Shown: positions 9,275 to 19,138 of the stretch, piece after piece
Numbering within the stretch: the first letter of the stretch is position 1
Layout: each line of letters begins with the position of its first letter
From: Candidatus Hadarchaeota archaeon
Lineage (GTDB): Archaea; Hadarchaeota; Hadarchaeia; Hadarchaeales; Hadarchaeaceae
NCBI GenBank assembly: GCA_964514965.1
Contig: CAZETV010000001.1
Location: forward strand, 993,063-1,025,062
DNA length: 32,000 nt
Reading direction: 5' to 3'
Translations under genes and position numbers: made by a program
The notes under the pieces: generated by a model
The model's input: the letters and a program-made list of their open reading frames with translations, nothing else
Databases searched by the model: none
Told to the model about the DNA's origin: nothing

Positions 9275-10000
9275 TCACTCGATTGGCACTAAACGGTACC
9301 CGCCTACAGGAGCAGCTATATTCCCTGACCCTGAATATGGGGCCATAATCCCATTTTCGAAATCATATGCTGCGACACCCATTACGCCAATATTTTTCTT
9401 CACTAAGCCTAATTTTGCTGGGCAGTAGGTTTTGTCAGGCTCATTCCCCGCGGCTGCTACGACCATGACGCCAGCCTTTGCGGCATCCTCGGCCGCACGA
9501 CATATTTTACACTCTCCCTTGCAATCCCATATGCCCCATTTCTTCCAGTACAAGCCGACACTGAGATTGATTATCTGAGCTCCTTCTTTCACCGCCCATT
9601 GGATTCCATTTATCAAATTTTCCTCCGACCCTCTCCCCTCTGAATCCATGACCTTCACGTTAAGAAGACTCACGTCTGGGGCGGTAGCGAGCAAAATAAG
9701 AGCGACCATCGTCCCGTGTCCATTTAGGTCTTCGACCCCTTCTCCGGTAAAGTCTTCAGATTTTTCCGTGCTGCGCTTAATCCAGGGATGGTCAAGCATG
9801 AGCCCTGTGTCAATGACGGCTACTTTCACCCCCGAACCTGTATGTCCATTTTTATGCATTTTTTTGATGCCTTCAAATGAGGGATGTTCAGGAAGCATGG
9901 GGGCGAAATATTTGCCAGTTGCCGAGTCGTGAAGCAAATTTAAGTAGGCACCTTTTTTACCGGGTATTCCGCCTAAAATTTCTACTCTTTTTTCGTTCAT
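9275..10000 (-). CDS. S8/subtilisin-like protein lacking the catalytic Ser segment
   Basis: The Asp motif (VAVIDTG), His motif (LNGHGTMVA) and Asn motif (VVAAAGNE) are present. The ORF ends at YSGSGNIAAPVGGYRLVPIE before any GTSxA motif. Confidence 0.8.
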   Translation of the reverse strand: MNEKRVEILGGIPGKKGAYLNLLHDSATGKYFAPMLPEHPSFEGIKKMHKNGHTGSGVKVAVIDTGLMLDHPWIKRSTEKSEDFTGEGVEDLNGHGTMVALILLATAPDVSLLNVKVMDSEGRGSEENLINGIQWAVKEGAQIINLSVGLYWKKWGIWDCKGECKICRAAEDAAKAGVMVVAAAGNEPDKTYCPAKLGLVKKNIGVMGVAAYDFENGIMAPYSGSGNIAAPVGGYRLVPIE

Positions 10001-10009
10001 GCGGTCACC

Positions 10010-10351
10010 CTATGTTGCTGCGACAAGAAGAACGATTGCCACGACGAGTATAACCAGAAATAAAACGGGGATTATCCTAGCCAATCTCTCTGTTAAGCTG
10101 TACTTCTCTCCTTCTTCTAAAACCACTATCCCCTTTGGGAGTCTGAGGGCGATAGTGCTCGCCAGCGCAGCTCCCACAACTAAAACAGCGAGCCCGGTTT
10201 GAGTGGTTTTTACTTTGATATCGCCTAAGCTACCCTCAAAAACTGTTGACCCCCCAAAACCAAGGATAGCAACTATCGCTCCAAAGAGGGATAGAATGAT
10301 GCCAGTCCATATTAGGGCTGTATAAGTGATAGACACCCTATTTTTCGACAT
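10010..10351 (-). CDS. small multi-TM membrane protein, probably co-transcribed with the subtilase-like gene
   Basis: 113 aa with three hydrophobic segments. Same strand; the stop is 9 nt upstream of the subtilase-like start. Confidence 0.6.
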   Translation of the reverse strand: MSKNRVSITYTALIWTGIILSLFGAIVAILGFGGSTVFEGSLGDIKVKTTQTGLAVLVVGAALASTIALRLPKGIVVLEEGEKYSLTERLARIIPVLFLVILVVAIVLLVAAT

Positions 10352-10631
10352 TTTTCGTCACCTTTTTTGGGTTATCCCGTATCGTACTGTTTAAGATAAT
10401 AATGACGACCCTTGTAACCTTGATTTATCGCTTTCTAAATTCATCAACAGCATTTTTAATCGTCTTTTCAAGTTTGCTTATCCTCTCAACCTCCTAAATT
10501 TCCCCCCACGTTTTTAACGCGCGGGCAACAATTTTTCTGGCATTTTATGAACATATAAGTTTACCCAATATTGTAATTTTTGGAAGTAGATATTGGGAGA
10601 GTAATCTATATCTCCAGTTTGGGGGAAAATC

Positions 10632-12218
10632 GTGTCCCGCAACCCTCATAACTCTTTCTCACCTTGTGTTTTTGGGATTAAGTTGGATATCCAAGCAATC
10701 ACCGACGGGCTGAGCTTCCAAGAGAAAAAAGTCCTACTTGCTCTTCAAGAACTTGGCGGGAGAGCTGAGATACCAAACCTTGCTGGACACGCCGGCCTTG
10801 ACCAGTCCGCTATAATGCGTGCTGTGCTCGCCCTATCCGAACATGGTCTGGTGGAGGTGCGGGAGAAAAAGTCTTCGAAAGTCGTAATTCTTCCAGAAGG
10901 TCTAGAATACTCTCGCGATGGGTTGCCCGAACGTAGGATGCTCGTGGCTTTGGCCAGCTGCGGCCCGGGAGTCGTCAACGAGATAGCCGACAGCGCCAAC
11001 CTGAGGGAGGAACGAACGCAGATTGCGCTCGTGTGGCTCAGGCGCAAGGGCTGGGCGGAATTTACCAAGAAGGATGAAAAGACCGTGCTAGCCATGACGG
11101 AAAGCGGCGGAGAAGCTCTTTCCCAGAAGTTGGCCGACGAAAAGCTGCTCGATTTGCTAGCAGCTCAGGCACGCAACTTAGACGAGTTGTCTGTTGATCT
11201 GAAAGAACCGCTTTACACTTTGGTGGAGCGGAAGCTGGTTAAAATCGAGGATGAAACATGGCGTGAGCTGGAGCTGTCCGATCTGGGAAATCAGGTGCTG
11301 AAGCTGGGCATCAAACTTGTCGAAGAAGTAAGCGAGCTTAGCCACGAGCTGCTCACTAGCGGGCGCTGGCGAGAGGTAAAATTCAGGCGTTATGATGTGG
11401 TAGCCCCGGTGACCCCTGCCCACCCAGGGAAGGTTCACCCCCAGCAGAGGGTCATCGACGAGCTCCGCGAAATTTTGCTCGAGATGGGGTTCGTCGAGAT
11501 TAAAAGTAACATTGTGGAATCGGAGTTTTGGAACTTCGACGCCCTCTTTCAAGCTCAAGATCATCCCGCTCGCGAAATCCACGACAGTCTCTCTCTCTCG
11601 AAGCCGGAACGGACTAAATTGTCATCGCCCGCGTTGGTCAAACGGGTGGCAGCGGCGCACGAGCGCGGTGTCGCAGGGTCGACGGGCTGGGGCTACAAAT
11701 TCAACGCCGAAATCAGCCAAAGGCCAATACTGTGCTCGCAGACTACCGCCGCGACCGTTCGCTACTTGGCTTCACACCCGGAGCCGCCAGCCAAGGTATT
11801 TTGCATCAACCGCGTGTACCGCAATGAAAAAATCGACTACAAACACCTTGCCGAATTCTACCAAGCCGAAGGGATAGTGATGAACCCCGGGCTTACGCTG
11901 CGTGACATGCTCGGATATCTCAAGCAGATAATGGTCAAGCTCGGGTTCTCGAAAATAAGGTTCAGGCCGGGATATTTCCCTTACACCGAGCCATCGGCAG
12001 AAGCGGAGGTATACTTCCCCGAAAAGCGTGAATGGCTTGAGGTTTTGGGTGCGGGAATGTTCAGGCCTGAGTTACTCCACCCGCTAGGCGTCAAACATCC
12101 CGTCCTCGCGTGGGGGATTGGATTCTCGCGTCTGGCCATGATTCGGCTTGGTGTCGAAGATATTCGAGACCTCTTCAACAACGATCTCGAATGGCTTCAT
12201 ACGAGGAGGAGGGTATAG
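10632..12218 (+). CDS. pheS: phenylalanyl-tRNA synthetase alpha subunit
   Basis: N-terminal winged-helix repeats, then HPGKVHPQQRVIDELREILLEMGF...WNFDALFQAQDHPAREIHDS...GIGFSRLAMIRLGVEDIRDLF. Confidence 0.95.
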   Translation: MSRNPHNSFSPCVFGIKLDIQAITDGLSFQEKKVLLALQELGGRAEIPNLAGHAGLDQSAIMRAVLALSEHGLVEVREKKSSKVVILPEGLEYSRDGLPERRMLVALASCGPGVVNEIADSANLREERTQIALVWLRRKGWAEFTKKDEKTVLAMTESGGEALSQKLADEKLLDLLAAQARNLDELSVDLKEPLYTLVERKLVKIEDETWRELELSDLGNQVLKLGIKLVEEVSELSHELLTSGRWREVKFRRYDVVAPVTPAHPGKVHPQQRVIDELREILLEMGFVEIKSNIVESEFWNFDALFQAQDHPAREIHDSLSLSKPERTKLSSPALVKRVAAAHERGVAGSTGWGYKFNAEISQRPILCSQTTAATVRYLASHPEPPAKVFCINRVYRNEKIDYKHLAEFYQAEGIVMNPGLTLRDMLGYLKQIMVKLGFSKIRFRPGYFPYTEPSAEAEVYFPEKREWLEVLGAGMFRPELLHPLGVKHPVLAWGIGFSRLAMIRLGVEDIRDLFNNDLEWLHTRRRV

Positions 12219-13859
12219 ATGCCGTCTATCACTGTCAGCTACCACGACCTCTGCAAGCTGGTTGGAAAGCGGATTGAGCCGAATCACCTCTGTGAGCGTT
12301 TGGCCATGCTTGGAATAGAGGCCGAAGCTTCTGACGATGAGCTCAAGCTTGAAATTACACACAACCGCCCTGACCTGCTCAGCCCCGAAGGAGTAGCACG
12401 GGCACTTAGGGGCTTTTTAGGCGTGGAGACCGGATTACCCCTTTACAAGCTGAGCGTTTCTGGAGTGAGTGTTGAGGTTGACCGGAGTGTTGAGGCCATC
12501 CGACCCTTTATCGCGGCTGGCGTTGTGGCAAACGTGAAACTGACCGATGAAATCGTGGCCTCGCTTATGCAGGTCCAAGAGAAGCTTCACGTCTCGCTAT
12601 GTAGAAATCGGAAGAAGGGCTCGATAGGTGTCTACGACCTCGACACCGTAAAACCGCCCTTGCGTTACACCACCACGTTGCCCGACGGCATTCGCTTCGT
12701 CCCGCTGGAATTCGCCCGGGAGCTCACGCCAGTTCAGATTCTGCGCGAACACCCTAAGGGTATTGAATATGGTTCAATCATGCAAGAGTGGCCCCGCTAC
12801 CCGTTACTAGTTGACTCCCAAGGTGTGGTGCTTTCCATGCCCCCAATCATCAACAGCGAGTCCACGCGTGTCACGAGCAACACAAAACGACTCTTCATTG
12901 ATGTCACTGGCGAGGACGAGCGCGTGGCTAACCAATCCTTAAAGATTTTGATGACAGGACTGGCGGAGCGGGGTTTTGAGATTCAGTCAGTCGTGGTTAA
13001 ATATCCGAGCAGGCGCGTTAAAACGCCCGACCTCCGCCCCAGTCGGCACCGCCTGAGTGTGTGCGCCACGAACGAGTTTACAGGTCTCAACCTAAAACCT
13101 AAGGAAATTGCCGATATTGCGGAACGCATGCGTTATGGCGTTGCGGGCATCAAAGGTAAAATCCTGACACTATTGGCTCCATCCTATCGAGGCGACCTAA
13201 TGCACGAGGTTGACCTCATCGAAGATATGGCAATAGGCTACGGCTACGACCGGCTCGAGCCCACGCTGCCTAAGGTGGTAACCACAGGCGAGCGGGCACC
13301 AGTAGAGCGACTCAGTGAGCGGGCTAGGCGAGTTTTGACTGGGTTGGGATTCATGGAGGTTATGACTTACACTCTCACCAACCAGCACACGAATTTCGAA
13401 CTCATGCGGGTAGAGGGCGAGGCTGCAGAAATCGCAAATCCGGTGTCAGAGGAGTACACAATCATCAGAAACTCGTTGCTCCCCTGCTTGCTCTCTGTGC
13501 TGCAAGCGAACCGACGCAACCCGTTGCCGCAGCGCGTGTTTGAGGTGGGGGATGTTTTGGTACTTGACGAACAGGCTGAAACTAGTGCTAGAGACGTACG
13601 CCGTGCCGCAGCAATGGTAATCGGCGAGGAAGCAGGGTTCACCTATCTCAAAGCCGTTGCGGAGGCCTTGCTCCGCGAGTTAGGCATTTTCTATGAGGTC
13701 CGTCCCATCGAGCACTCCAGCTTCTTGGAAGGTCGAGTGGCTGAGTTTGTCTCCGACGGTAAAAGCTTGGGGGTTGTTGGCGAGATACATCCAGAAGTCA
13801 TCCTAGGATTCGAGCTCGAGCATCCGGTCGCGGCGTTTGAGCTTGATCTAAAAAAGTAA
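12219..13859 (+). CDS. pheT: phenylalanyl-tRNA synthetase beta subunit
   Basis: Directly follows pheS. Contains LEITHNRPDLLSPEGVARALRGFLG, AIGYGYDRLEP and a C-terminal catalytic-like domain. Confidence 0.95.
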   Translation: MPSITVSYHDLCKLVGKRIEPNHLCERLAMLGIEAEASDDELKLEITHNRPDLLSPEGVARALRGFLGVETGLPLYKLSVSGVSVEVDRSVEAIRPFIAAGVVANVKLTDEIVASLMQVQEKLHVSLCRNRKKGSIGVYDLDTVKPPLRYTTTLPDGIRFVPLEFARELTPVQILREHPKGIEYGSIMQEWPRYPLLVDSQGVVLSMPPIINSESTRVTSNTKRLFIDVTGEDERVANQSLKILMTGLAERGFEIQSVVVKYPSRRVKTPDLRPSRHRLSVCATNEFTGLNLKPKEIADIAERMRYGVAGIKGKILTLLAPSYRGDLMHEVDLIEDMAIGYGYDRLEPTLPKVVTTGERAPVERLSERARRVLTGLGFMEVMTYTLTNQHTNFELMRVEGEAAEIANPVSEEYTIIRNSLLPCLLSVLQANRRNPLPQRVFEVGDVLVLDEQAETSARDVRRAAAMVIGEEAGFTYLKAVAEALLRELGIFYEVRPIEHSSFLEGRVAEFVSDGKSLGVVGEIHPEVILGFELEHPVAAFELDLKK

Positions 13860-13910
13860 GGCTTTTACTCCACGAAAAACCAACTTAAACTGCGATGAAG
13901 GAATAAACCC

Positions 13911-14190
13911 GTGGTAATCGAGAGCTGGCGTGATTTATGAGCGTCGGTGCATCACTGCGGGAACACTGGAGCAATCCGTCGGCAATCGTGCCAAAAATTG
14001 GGTCCTCGTCCGAGCGATTGGCGGGAACACCTAGTGATGATTTCGAGACAACCCTGGTGCGGAACACGGCGGGCGGCCCCCGAGAAAATCCGCCATCGAG
14101 GGTTAGCGGGTGAAGGACGTCTAAAAGACAGCCCATGAAGCCCGCTGTTAGTTGTGTCGGAGACATTGGGGGCCAATTTCGTTTTTCTGT
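13911..14190 (+). other. non-coding, structure-rich intergenic interval (possible ncRNA or leader)
   Basis: Nested helices: AACCCT 14050-14055 with AGGGTT 14099-14104, GGCGG 14068-14072 with CCGCC 14090-14094, and AGCGGG 14105-14110 with CCCGCT 14141-14146. Also a repeated GCGG(G)AACAC motif. No credible coding frame. Confidence 0.35.
14165..14187 (+). terminator. hairpin followed by a T-rich run
   Basis: ATTGG-GGG-CCAAT (14165-14177) followed by TTCGTTTTTC. Confidence 0.35.
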
Positions 14191-14282
14191 TCATATTTGT
14201 AAGGCGAAAAAGAATATTCGCAAAATCCGAAGATAAGCTTAAATTTACTGAAATTCGGTTAACTTTGGGGGTGAGCGGGTAA

Positions 14283-15980
14283 GTGGCAAGGAAAAGAAAG
14301 ACAACACGCGCTGATAAAAACACGGGGCCTCGGACGAAAACTCCAAGTGGAGAATTTGAGGTTTTGGCTGGCGAGGGTGAGGGACTCTTATCTGAAATTC
14401 TAACAGGCGCACCGCCAAATGAAAGCAAATCAACCGCAAAGCCTGCAGGGGGACTTGCTTCATCCGCAAAAGTTGTTATAGAACAGGTATCCAAAGTTGG
14501 GAAAGTGGTTGATAGCTACGGTAAGACTGAAATAGTTTCTGTCGAGGGCCAGGCTCTGCCGATTTACAAGTCGAAATTGCCCGACCTGACGAAACAGGAA
14601 TTAAAGCTACTCGAGATTGCAAAAGAGAAGGCGATAGAGGAAGTCAGTGTCAATCTGGAAAAGATTTCTGACCCGGCAGAACGTCGGAACACCCTCATGC
14701 GCGAGGTCCTAAAAATACTCGAACGCGAGAGCAAGGGGACGTACATCTCGTCTGGAAGATTAACTCACTTAGGCGAAGCCGCCGTGCGGGACATGATCGG
14801 TTATGGGCAGCTTGATTCTATAATCGCTGATGACCAACTTGAAGACATTTTGGTGACGGCGGTGGGCAAGCCCGTTTACGTCTATCATCGAAAGTACGGA
14901 ATGTGCGCTACGAACGTTGTTTTTGAGAGCGATGAAGCGATTAAATATCTCATAGAAAAAATGGCGCGCGTCGTGGGCAGACGGATAGACCAGCAGACGC
15001 CCTTGCTTGACGCACGATTACCCGATGGAAGCAGGGTGAACGCGACTATACCGCCGATTTCTCTTGATGGATCAACGATCTCAATAAGAAAGTTCCGCAA
15101 GGACCCGCTCACGGTGGTCGACATCCTAAACTTGGGCACCCTCTCAACAGATGCCGCGGCGTTCCTCTGGCTGGTCGTGGATGGTTTTGGCATCAAGCCC
15201 GCAAACATCCTATTCGCGGGGGGGACGGGCTGCGGAAAGACGACCATGCTCAACGCCGCCATAACTTTCGTCCCAGAGCGGGAGCGCATCATCTCGATTG
15301 AGGACACCGCCGAGCTTCAACTTTCTCATAAACACTGGATTAGACTTGAGACGCGCCCACCAAACGTCGAAGGACGCGGAGAGGTTACGATGAATGATTT
15401 GGTTAAAAATGCACTACGAATGAGGCCGGACCGGATGATCGTGGGGGAGGTTCGAGGTCCAGAAGCACAGACGATGTTCACCGCGATGAATACCGGCCAT
15501 GATGGTTGCTGTGGCACGCTGCACTCAAACAGTGCGGTTGAGACAATTTCGCGCCTGACTGAGCCTCCGATGGCTGTGGCCCCCATAATGATTCCAGCTC
15601 TCGATATCATCGTGATGCAACAACGCATCTACCACCGCCAGAAGGGACAGATTCGAAGGGTCACCGAGGTCTCCGAGGTTACTGGTCTAGAGAGTGGAAA
15701 ACCTCAGCTCAGCCGCATCTTCAAGTGGGACCCCCGCACGGATGTGGTCGAGCCGACCAGCGTACCAAGCAAGATTAAGCGCACGATAGCAGAGTTTAGC
15801 GGGATGAGCGGGAACGATATCGAGATCGAACTTGGGAAGCGTGCGGCAGTACTGGAATGGATGAAACATCAAGGTATACGAAATATTTTCGAGGTGAGTA
15901 ATATTATCCAAGAGTACTACCAAAACCCGGAGGAAATATTAAATCGCGTAAGGAACGAGAAGAACACTAAGCGTCATTAG
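14283..15980 (+). CDS. type II/IV secretion system ATPase (TadA/ArlI-like)
   Basis: Walker A FAGGTGCGKTTMLNA, ISIEDTAELQL, LRMRPDRMIVGEVRGPEA and GHDGCCGTLHSNS. Confidence 0.93.
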   Translation: MARKRKTTRADKNTGPRTKTPSGEFEVLAGEGEGLLSEILTGAPPNESKSTAKPAGGLASSAKVVIEQVSKVGKVVDSYGKTEIVSVEGQALPIYKSKLPDLTKQELKLLEIAKEKAIEEVSVNLEKISDPAERRNTLMREVLKILERESKGTYISSGRLTHLGEAAVRDMIGYGQLDSIIADDQLEDILVTAVGKPVYVYHRKYGMCATNVVFESDEAIKYLIEKMARVVGRRIDQQTPLLDARLPDGSRVNATIPPISLDGSTISIRKFRKDPLTVVDILNLGTLSTDAAAFLWLVVDGFGIKPANILFAGGTGCGKTTMLNAAITFVPERERIISIEDTAELQLSHKHWIRLETRPPNVEGRGEVTMNDLVKNALRMRPDRMIVGEVRGPEAQTMFTAMNTGHDGCCGTLHSNSAVETISRLTEPPMAVAPIMIPALDIIVMQQRIYHRQKGQIRRVTEVSEVTGLESGKPQLSRIFKWDPRTDVVEPTSVPSKIKRTIAEFSGMSGNDIEIELGKRAAVLEWMKHQGIRNIFEVSNIIQEYYQNPEEILNRVRNEKNTKRH

Positions 15981-15987
15981 TGATTCC

Positions 15988-17097
15988 ATGCCGAAAAAAA
16001 AAGCTAAAAAGCCGAGTTCGTTGAAGAGATTTTTTTCTGCAGTTGGCGGCGGTGTGATAAAAACAGGCACTACAGCACAGCGCGTGGGTCAGGCAGTCAA
16101 TATTACAAAGAGGCCTGAAGCTCCAGAAAAGGCTGATGGGGAAGTTGCCCGAAGGCTGCGTGAACTGAAACGGCTCGAAAGTTTGCGTGAGGAAGAAATT
16201 GCCGCAGAGCGTAAGCTGAGAGAAGATAAAAAGTGGGAGGTACGCGCGGAGCTGAAGAGGTCGTTATCCGAGCGCCTCTCTGAGATTTTTTATTCCCCGC
16301 TCAAGCGCCCGGCTCAGCGAATGGCTACGTTTTTTAAGGGGTTAGATGATGACCTCTACAAGGCTAACATCAGAGTTGCCCCCACGCATTATGTGGCACT
16401 AATGATCGGGATGAGCCTCATCATGAGTGTCTTTGCATTAGTTCTTATGCTCCTGTTTTTACCCGTCCTCTTTGCAGTGGTTGGTGGAGTGTTCGCTTTC
16501 GTGCTAGTACTGGTTTTTAGTAGAACCCAGCCAAAGCGTAAGGCTAAGGCGCGAGTAGTCGGGATAAATCGCGTAATCCCGTACGCTATGCGGCACATGG
16601 CAACGCAGCTTTCATCTGGAATAGGCCTCCCAGAAACTATTACTTCGGTCAGCAAGGCTGATTATGGCGCTCTCTCGGAGGAGTTTGACAGAGTCATACG
16701 TGACATGCATACAGGGATGAGCACGGAAGAAGCACTAACGAGTATGACCCAGCGGGTGGACTCCGAGCCACTCCGTCGAGCAGTCCGCCAAGTTCAGCGC
16801 ACTTTACGGACGGGTGGCGACTTGGCTGGCATCCTCCACACTTTGGCCGACGAAACAGCTTTCGAGATGCGCATGAAATTACGAGACTATACTCAATCAC
16901 TCAACATGCTCACGATGGTCTACATGTTTGCCTCCGCGGTCATCCCAGCCATGCTTATGGTCATGATAGCGGTGGGTAGTCGAATGGGCGGAATGATGTT
17001 TACTTCAGCGAGTGCGGCAGTCCTCTTTTTGATTCTCATCCCATTCATGTTATTATACTTCGTCATGATGATCAAACGCTTCGAGCCGAGGTTATGA
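15988..17097 (+). CDS. type II secretion system F / TadC-like membrane protein 1
   Basis: T2SF features: MATQLSSGIGLPETI...ADYGALSEEFDRVIRDMHTGMSTEEAL; directly downstream of the ATPase. Confidence 0.85.
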   Translation: MPKKKAKKPSSLKRFFSAVGGGVIKTGTTAQRVGQAVNITKRPEAPEKADGEVARRLRELKRLESLREEEIAAERKLREDKKWEVRAELKRSLSERLSEIFYSPLKRPAQRMATFFKGLDDDLYKANIRVAPTHYVALMIGMSLIMSVFALVLMLLFLPVLFAVVGGVFAFVLVLVFSRTQPKRKAKARVVGINRVIPYAMRHMATQLSSGIGLPETITSVSKADYGALSEEFDRVIRDMHTGMSTEEALTSMTQRVDSEPLRRAVRQVQRTLRTGGDLAGILHTLADETAFEMRMKLRDYTQSLNMLTMVYMFASAVIPAMLMVMIAVGSRMGGMMFTSASAAVLFLILIPFMLLYFVMMIKRFEPRL

Positions 17098-18035
17098 CGA
17101 TGAGTGTGCTTAAAAAAATGGCGGCGTTTGCGAAGCGCGTGTTTCCAGAGAAATTCCTGCAGAGCCTCAACCGCAGGTTGGAGTCAACGAAAATCGCACT
17201 CGCTGCTGAGGAATACGTGGGAGTGGCCCTCCTAGCGACGATACTCGTGGGTGTGACAGCGGGTTTCATGGGCATTCTCCTGAATTTCCCACTCCCAGCG
17301 CCTCTGCTCGCAATCATTGTAGCCGTTGCCACCTTTCCAGCGCTGACGATTGGGGTGCCCTATTATCTGGCCCAACGTAGGGCTGCTGAGCTGGAAAGTG
17401 TGTTACCAGATGCCCTCCGCCAGATGGCGAGCACTCTGCGGGCTGGTGTGGGGATAGACGCCGCGATGGATGATATAGTAAAATCAAAGTACGGCACGCT
17501 TTCAGATGAATTCGATCGGGTGGTGACGGAGATTCGTAGGGGGAGAACCCTCGACAACGCTCTCTTGGCTCTAGCGCGGAGGTCGAATTCGCCCCTCTAT
17601 GAGCGGGCCTTTCACCTGATTGTTGAAGGTATCGAACGCGGCGGAGCTCTCGCCAACGTGCTCGACGCAGTTTCCACTGACATCAAGGAGACGCATGCGA
17701 TCCAGCGTGAGAGGAGGGCAGCCACAATGCAGCAAGTATTATTCCTGCTCGCCGTGGCTCTCTTTGCAGTTCCATTCATAGTTGGCCTCACGGTTGCGGT
17801 GACCGGAATTCAGGTAGGCAGAGGGCCAGTGACAGGTTCAGGCCTGCCAGCGGAGATGAGCACGATCGCCATGATGTACATAGTGATACAAGCGCTCATC
17901 TGTTCGCTCGCGGTCGGAGTGATTCGTTACGGCAAGATGTTAAAAGGCCTAACTTTCGCCGTGCCGTTTGTGATGGTCTCGGCAGTCGTCTTCTATGTTG
18001 CCCAGAATATAATCGGGGGCATTGCGTCAGTTTAG
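17094..18035 (+). CDS. type II secretion system F / TadC-like membrane protein 2
   Basis: LRQMASTLRAGVGIDAAMDDIVKSKYGTLSDEFDRVVTEIRRGRTLDNAL. Starts in an ATGA overlap with the preceding gene. Confidence 0.87.
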   Translation: MTMSVLKKMAAFAKRVFPEKFLQSLNRRLESTKIALAAEEYVGVALLATILVGVTAGFMGILLNFPLPAPLLAIIVAVATFPALTIGVPYYLAQRRAAELESVLPDALRQMASTLRAGVGIDAAMDDIVKSKYGTLSDEFDRVVTEIRRGRTLDNALLALARRSNSPLYERAFHLIVEGIERGGALANVLDAVSTDIKETHAIQRERRAATMQQVLFLLAVALFAVPFIVGLTVAVTGIQVGRGPVTGSGLPAEMSTIAMMYIVIQALICSLAVGVIRYGKMLKGLTFAVPFVMVSAVVFYVAQNIIGGIASV

Positions 18036-18595
18036 CGTTCCATGCCAAGTTCTTGTAAATCGTTATATATCGTATCACGCGAAACTCCGAATCTCTTGGC
18101 CACTTGCACAAGGTTTATCGCTTTTGCGTCGTTGCCGAGCAATCGCAGTAGCACCGTTAAACGTTCTCGACGTTCCCACAAACTGAGCTTACTAATTTTT
18201 CTGGGGACATCCTCATTCACAGCAACGATGAGCGTGGCATAGGTACGCTTTGTTAGAGGGGGAGTAATGAATTTCAGGTAAAACCCGATGATCTCCCCGC
18301 GTAGTTTCGACAAGCGTGCATTTATTTTATCTTGGGCGCGTTGAAGGGCAACCGCCTCACTACCGCCGACTTCGTTCACCCAGAGGATGCATTTTGGTCT
18401 GACATCACTTTCGTCTATCACCAAAGCTATGCGCGCAATTCCGCCAGTCAAACCTGAGCTGACGTTCACATCCATCCGAGTTATACATCCTTGCATTTTT
18501 GCAAGCTTCTCGTTAATTTCATTTGCAGTTCGTTTGAGCGCCTTTCGCACATTTGTAGCTCGCCGCACGCAGCTCAGAACTTGCAAGTTTATCAA
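18032..18595 (-). CDS. HTH-containing protein, possible regulator of the pilus locus
   Basis: C-terminal INLVQVAKRFGVSRDTIYNDLQELGM resembles a helix-turn-helix. The 3' end overlaps tadC-like gene 2 by 4 nt. Confidence 0.6.
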   Translation of the reverse strand: MINLQVLSCVRRATNVRKALKRTANEINEKLAKMQGCITRMDVNVSSGLTGGIARIALVIDESDVRPKCILWVNEVGGSEAVALQRAQDKINARLSKLRGEIIGFYLKFITPPLTKRTYATLIVAVNEDVPRKISKLSLWERRERLTVLLRLLGNDAKAINLVQVAKRFGVSRDTIYNDLQELGMER

Positions 18596-18708
18596 AATAG
18601 GTTGTATGGTGGATGTTTTTAAGGGTTTGTCTACAAAAATGTCGACTTTTTCTCAGAAATGTGGAGGTATCTTTATAACCCCAAATTTAAGAAAATTCCT
18701 GTAAAGAG

Positions 18709-19089
18709 GTGAAAAAAATGAGATTGTCTAAAAAGGGTCAAGGCGCTACAGAGTACCTATTGATGTTGGCTGCAGTATTAGTAATAGTAGCCATAGCGGT
18801 GTACTACGTGACAAGCACTGGTGGTTATCCAGCAGTTGCTGCAACAGCAGTAAAGTCTGGTGACAACACGATTAGAATTGACGTTACAACTGGAACAATC
18901 CCGGCTGGAGACTGGCAATATATAGTGAGCACGACTCCAGGAAGCAATAACTGGCAGGACAAAGGCGTAGAACTGAAAGCACCATACGTTAGCTTGGAGA
19001 ATTGCTCCCCAAACACCTACTACGTGAGCCTGAAGCACACGCCGAGCGGTCACATCTACTTCTCGGACCAAACGATAACGATATCTTAA
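18709..19089 (+). CDS. class III signal peptide pilin 1
   Basis: LSKKGQGATEYLLMLAAVLVIVAIAVYYV prepilin signal, upstream CTTTATAA box and GAGGTG RBS. Confidence 0.88.
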   Translation: MKKMRLSKKGQGATEYLLMLAAVLVIVAIAVYYVTSTGGYPAVAATAVKSGDNTIRIDVTTGTIPAGDWQYIVSTTPGSNNWQDKGVELKAPYVSLENCSPNTYYVSLKHTPSGHIYFSDQTITIS

Positions 19090-19138
19090 GCGCATTGGCC
19101 TGTTTGAAAGAAACGCCCACAGTTGGGTAGGGGATAGG

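Noticed and set aside
8829-9278. 149-aa minus-strand ORF continuing past the subtilase-like stop
   Set aside because: Considered as a missing protease C-terminus, but it is in another frame, has no GTSxA motif and is antisense to thiL.
13885-14166. 93-aa minus-strand ORF in the pheT-ATPase gap
   Set aside because: No recognisable motif, and the interval is dominated by base-paired structure.
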